Below are positions 62,581 through 64,000 of a stretch of DNA of 64,000 bases, one piece after another (position 1 is the first letter of the stretch; every line of letters starts with the position of its first letter). Under the pieces are notes generated by a model that was not told the DNA's origin, searched no databases, and was given only the letters and a program-made list of their open reading frames with translations. The stretch is from positions 17,918,001 through 17,982,000 of the forward strand of contig CM022677.1 of the NCBI GenBank assembly GCA_012295275.1, in the 5' to 3' direction. The DNA comes from Chrysomallon squamiferum. Lineage: Eukaryota; Animalia; Mollusca. The position numbers and the translations under genes were made by a program.

Positions 62581-63721
62581 ATTTACTTGAAATAGTTGAA
62601 AGCTTTATTGCCTGGCTATCGCCTCCTAGCTCTGTCGTTGTACGTGAAATATCAGTAGCTGCTGTCGTTGAAAATGAAATATCAGTAGCTGCTGTCGCTG
62701 TATCTGAAATATCAGGGGCTGCTGTCGTTTGTCGAGGAATTTCTGATGATTTGCAAGACGGCAGTTTCTTTTTGATGATGCGTCGATAGTTTTGCGAGCT
62801 CGATATCAAAATGTAGAAGTTTTGTCCAAAGTTTAACAAATAAATCGCGGTGCAGAAAGGTCGAATCTTCCACAGCGTCAACATAATGGCCACCTTCTCT
62901 GTACTGTATCTCAGCACAAGTGATCCAATGCAGTCTAACACCGAAACTGGTAACAAGGTGAGGAAAGCAAGAAAGGAAAGGAGCACGAGAGGTCGCGTAG
63001 CACTGTCTGTGCCCTGATTGGTCGAACTGGACCCCGACCTTGAGAACGTCTTCCGGAAAGCGTTGCTTCGACTGATTTTAACGGCAATGAAAACGGTGAG
63101 CGTGAGAATGATAAGACAGGGCAGAGTTGAAGAAAAGAGAAGTCGAAAGAAAAGTGAGTAATTGTCTATCCGATTATAGACCTCCTCGTCGACATGTTGG
63201 TCGCCGGTGAATACGTAGATCGGGGTAACCATCGCCAGAGAAGACACGAAGATACTGAAGCAGATGACGAAAGCTTTCATCCGGGTACAAAGTCTGTCAC
63301 GTGTCAGAGGGAAGCAGACGCAGATGTAGCGGTCTAATGTCAGCCCGACAACGAGCCACGGAGACAACATCGTCACAAGAAGGCGAATAACTAGAATTAA
63401 ACTAAAGAAAGACAAAACGATCGGTGAAGTGTCATGTCTCGCAAATACTTGCTGTGCTTCGCCGATCACGACTGTTACCAGCATGACAGAGTCCGAGAAA
63501 GAAAGAAACTTCAAGTAAACTGAGTACGAGAGACATGAAAGTTTCGAATCAGACATCATCACGAACTGAAGGACGTTTCCAATGAAACCTGCCACGGCGA
63601 TGAATAACAGGACACTCCAGTAAACGCGACCGAGAACTCCGCCGTAAAGCCATTCTGGGGCAGGAACGAAGATAGAGTTTTCGTTGTCGTCGTAATATCT
63701 CTCTTCACTCGAGTTCGCCAT
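62573..63721 (-). CDS. Rhodopsin-family (class A) GPCR, FMRFamide/peptide-receptor-like or chemoreceptor-like, 382 aa, single coding exon
   Basis: Start MANSS (N-glycosylation sequon) lies 26 nt after a tttgcag acceptor. GFIGN in TM1, LSFSD in TM2, SPWLVVGLTLDRYICVCFP in TM3, LPC in TM5, LLP in TM6, LNFGQNFY in TM7. Confidence 0.93.
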   Translation of the reverse strand: MANSSEERYYDDNENSIFVPAPEWLYGGVLGRVYWSVLLFIAVAGFIGNVLQFVMMSDSKLSCLSYSVYLKFLSFSDSVMLVTVVIGEAQQVFARHDTSPIVLSFFSLILVIRLLVTMLSPWLVVGLTLDRYICVCFPLTRDRLCTRMKAFVICFSIFVSSLAMVTPIYVFTGDQHVDEEVYNRIDNYSLFFRLLFSSTLPCLIILTLTVFIAVKISRSNAFRKTFSRSGSSSTNQGTDSATRPLVLLSFLAFLTLLPVSVLDCIGSLVLRYSTEKVAIMLTLWKIRPFCTAIYLLNFGQNFYILISSSQNYRRIIKKKLPSCKSSEIPRQTTAAPDISDTATAATDISFSTTAATDISRTTTELGGDSQAIKLSTISSKYQ

Positions 63722-64000
63722 TTTGATACTTGAGACTCTGGTAACACCTGCAAACAGAGTGTAACGAAAAACAACATCAGTCACAGTAATGACAATAAAT
63801 ACAAGGTGATGCGGATGACGACGAAAACGATGATGATGATGATGATGATAATGATATGATGATGACAAACGATATTGATCACTGTTATAATGACCGTGAT
63901 GACAACAACACGGCACCTTACTTATCATTGTGGTGATGATGATGATGATGATGATGATGACGGTGACAAAAGTACTAATTATTGTGATGCTTTTGATTAT

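Noticed and set aside
62366-62590. LLMLDxE heptad ORF on the + strand
   Set aside because: It is a translation of the 21-bp minisatellite, antisense to the 3' end of the GPCR.
63722-63928. N-terminal 69 aa of the 451-aa GPCR ORF
   Set aside because: This is (CAT)n-derived low complexity, mostly upstream of a splice acceptor at 63748. MANSS at 63721 is the more credible start.

Overview
AT-rich, microsatellite-dense animal genomic DNA with spliceosomal introns; probably a lophotrochozoan or mollusc (inferred from the gene content and repeat style). Most ORFs in the supplied track are simple-repeat artefacts. Four genes can be assembled by hand. (1) On +, a two-RRM RNA-binding protein of the couch potato/RBPMS/MEC-8 family (10659-36404; its first exon was not identified in the window). 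It carries two paralogous, probably mutually exclusive exons inside RRM1, and CAC clusters (the family's own binding motif) sit at their acceptors. (2) On -, TFIIE-beta/GTF2E2 (54328-49527), whose third coding exon survives only as permuted fragments joined at microhomologies. (3) On -, a small two-EF-hand gene (about 58648-56044) that no single ORF in the track captures. (4) On -, a divergent rhodopsin-family GPCR with a single coding exon (63721-62573). Decayed local duplications that copy splice sites recur across the window. All exon calls come from manual translation and remembered family sequences, not from database searches.
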